Assembly (NCBI GenBank): GCA_963920595.1
Contig: OY986948.1
Coordinates: 4,898,001-4,962,000, forward strand
Reading direction: 5' to 3'
From: Eimeria praecox
Taxonomy: Eukaryota
Length of the DNA stretch: 64,000 bases
Shown: piece after piece, positions 62,001-64,000 of the stretch
How positions within the stretch are numbered: position 1 is the stretch's first letter
Layout: every line of letters starts with the position of its first letter
Translations under genes and position numbers: made by a program
The notes under the pieces: generated by a model
What the model was told of the DNA's origin: nothing
Databases searched by the model: none
The model's input: the letters and a program-made list of their open reading frames with translations, nothing else

Positions 62001-64000
62001 AGTGGACGCTGCTCTGTGTCTAGTGGGTGTCTGGGAGGTGTTGTGGAGGGGAGAAGGGGTTGTGCAGTGTTTGGAGTGTAGGTCGAGTTGGGGACAGGGC
62101 AAGGCAGAGGGAAGTCGGCGTTTTGGTTTGAGGCCCCAATCTCGTTGCGCCTGCGTGTGTGGAGGTTGTTCTAATTCAGGAGCCGGTGCGTGTTTGTCAA
62201 GACGTGTGTACACGTGTTGCTCTGAGGGCGTGGATATTGGGAGTGTGGTAGTTAGTAGAATGATGTGTATTTGCGTGGACGCTGCTGTGTGTCTAGTGGG
62301 TGTCTGGGAGGTGTTGAGGAGGGGAGAAGGGGTTGTGCAGCGTTTGGAGTTTGGGTATTGTTGGGGATGGGGCAAGGCACAGAGAAGTCAGCGTTTTGGT
62401 TTGAGGCGTCAATCTCGTTGCCCCTGCGTGCGTCCGGGTTGTTCTAATTCAGGAGCAGGTGCGTGTTTGTCAACACGTGTGTACACGTGTTCCTGTGAGG
62501 GCGTGGATATTAGGAGTGTGGTAGTTAGTAGAATGATGTGTATTTGAGTGGACGCTGTTGTGTGTCTAGTGGGTGTCTGGGAGGTGTTGTGGAGGGGAGA
62601 AGGGGTTGTCTAGTGTTTGGAGTGTAGGTCGAGTTGGGGACAGGGCAAGGCAGAGGGATGTCAGCGTTTTGGTTTGAGGCGTCAACCTCGTTGCGCCTGC
62701 CTGCGTGCGGGTTGTTCTAATTCAGGAGCCGGTGCGTGTTTGTCAACGCGTGTGTACACGTGATGCTGTGAGGGCGTGGATATTGGGAGTGTGGTAGTTA
62801 GTAGAATGATGTGTATTTGAGTGGACGCTGCTGCGTGTCTAGTGGGTGTCTGGGAGGTGTTGTGGAGGGGAGAAGTGTTTGTCTAGTGTGTGGAGTTTGG
62901 GTATTGTTGGGGATGGGGCAAGGCTGAGGGAAGTCAGCGTTTTGGTTTGAGGCGTCACTTTCGTCGCGCCTGCGTGCGTGCGGGTTGTTCTAATTCAGGA
63001 GCAGGTGCGTGTTTGTCAACGCGTCTGTACACGTGTTCCTGTGAGGGCGTGGATATTGGGAGTGTGGTAGTTAGTAGAATGATGTGTATTTGAGTGGAGG
63101 CTGCTGTGTGTCTAGTGGGTGTCTGGGAGGCGTTGTGGAGGGGAGAAGGGGTTGTCTAGTGTGTGCAGTTTGGGTATTGTTGGGGATGGGGCAAGGCAGA
63201 GGGAAGTCGGCGTTTTGGTTTGAGGCGTCAACCATGTTGCGCCTGCGTGTGTGCGGGTTGTTCTAATTCAGCAGCAGGTGCGTGTTTGTCATGACGTGTG
63301 TACACGTGTCTCTGTGAAGGGCGTGGATATTGGGAGTGTGGTAGTTAGTAGAGTGATGTGTATTTGAGTGGACGCTGCTGTGTGTCTAGTGGGTGTCTGG
63401 GAGGTGTTGTGGAGGGGAGAAGGGGTTGTGCAGTGTTTGGAGTTTGGGTATTGTAGGGGATCGGGCAAGGCAGGAGGAAGTCAGCATTTTGGCTTGAGGC
63501 GTCAACCTCGTTGCGCCTGCCTGCGTGCGGGTTGTTCTAATTCAGGAGCCGGTGCGTGTTTGTCAACGCGTGTGTACACGTGATGCTGTGAGGGCGTGGA
63601 TATTGGGAGTGTGGTAGTTAGTAGAGTGATGTGTATTTGAGTGGACGCTGCTGTGTGTCTAGTGGGTGTCTGGGAGGTGTTGAGGAGGGGAGAAGGGGTT
63701 GTCTAGTGTTTGGAGTTTGGGTATTGTTGGGGACAGGGCAAGGCAGAGGGAAGTCAGCGTTTTGGTTTGAGGCGCCAATCTCGTTACGCCTGCGTGTGTG
63801 GAGGTTGTTCTAATTCAGGAGCCGGTGCGTGTTAGTCAACACGTGTGTACACGTGTTGCTATGAGGGCGTGGATATTGGGAGTGTGGTAGTTAGTAGAAT
63901 GATGTGTATTTGAGTGGACGCTGCTGTGTGTCTAGTGGGTGTCTGGGAGGTGTTGTGGAGGGGAGAAGGGGTTGTCTAGTGTTTGGAGTTTGGGTATTGT
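47056..64000 (+). repeat. G/T-rich 273-bp satellite (probable telomere-associated sequence), ~62 monomers, with higher-order repeats; continues beyond the window
   Basis: Invariant core ggttgttctaattc and gtggacgctgctgtgtgtctag recur every 273 bp. 270-bp variants start at 47546, 47816, 50270, 52997, 55724; 274-bp variants (tgtgaagggc) lie near 58125, 60310, 63315. The + strand is strongly G/T-rich. The telomere association is inference. Confidence 0.97.

Noticed and set aside
47056..64000. Cys/Gly/Val-rich ORFs (up to 247 aa) and Thr/Pro/His-rich antisense ORFs in the satellite
   Set aside because: They result from a 273-bp (3n) period and GT bias. Most monomers contain an in-frame TGA, and 274-bp variants shift the frame.
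47056..64000. CRISPR-like or variable-cassette interpretation of conserved and variable parts of the monomer
   Set aside because: The variable parts are point variants of one sequence rather than unique spacers; no cas or recombinase genes; eukaryotic context.

Overview
Eukaryotic, almost entirely non-coding DNA that reads as a subtelomere, most likely from a coccidian apicomplexan such as Eimeria. That assignment is inferred from the architecture of the one plausible gene, frequent TGCATG(CA) motifs and TTTAGGG-like relics; it is not proven. The only credible gene is at the left end: a small spliced ORF with signal peptide, basic cluster, transmembrane helix and RRLAEGG motif (325-663, probable exon 2 at 778-813). 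The rest is a nested repeat architecture: a 1251-bp tandem array (~3.6 copies, 2569-7084); a ~6-kb block (8101-14097); a 601-bp array (9 copies); a 1535-bp array (~9.4 copies); and ~2.5 kb of unique DNA. A direct segmental duplication of the 6-kb block follows (offset 28,466), then 6 copies of the 601-bp unit and a 598-bp short form of the 1535-bp unit. This runs into a ~17-kb G/T-rich 273-bp satellite (~62 monomers) with 9-, 10- and 11-mer higher-order repeats, which continues past the window end. Nearly all ORFs in the track are incidental readings of these repeats. I found no CRISPR array, rRNA, tRNA or recognisable transposase/RT, and no new protein-based system. The best candidate for undescribed biology is the satellite itself, which carries a conserved CACGTG/GTGTACAC palindrome and a telomere-like G-tract cluster in each monomer.
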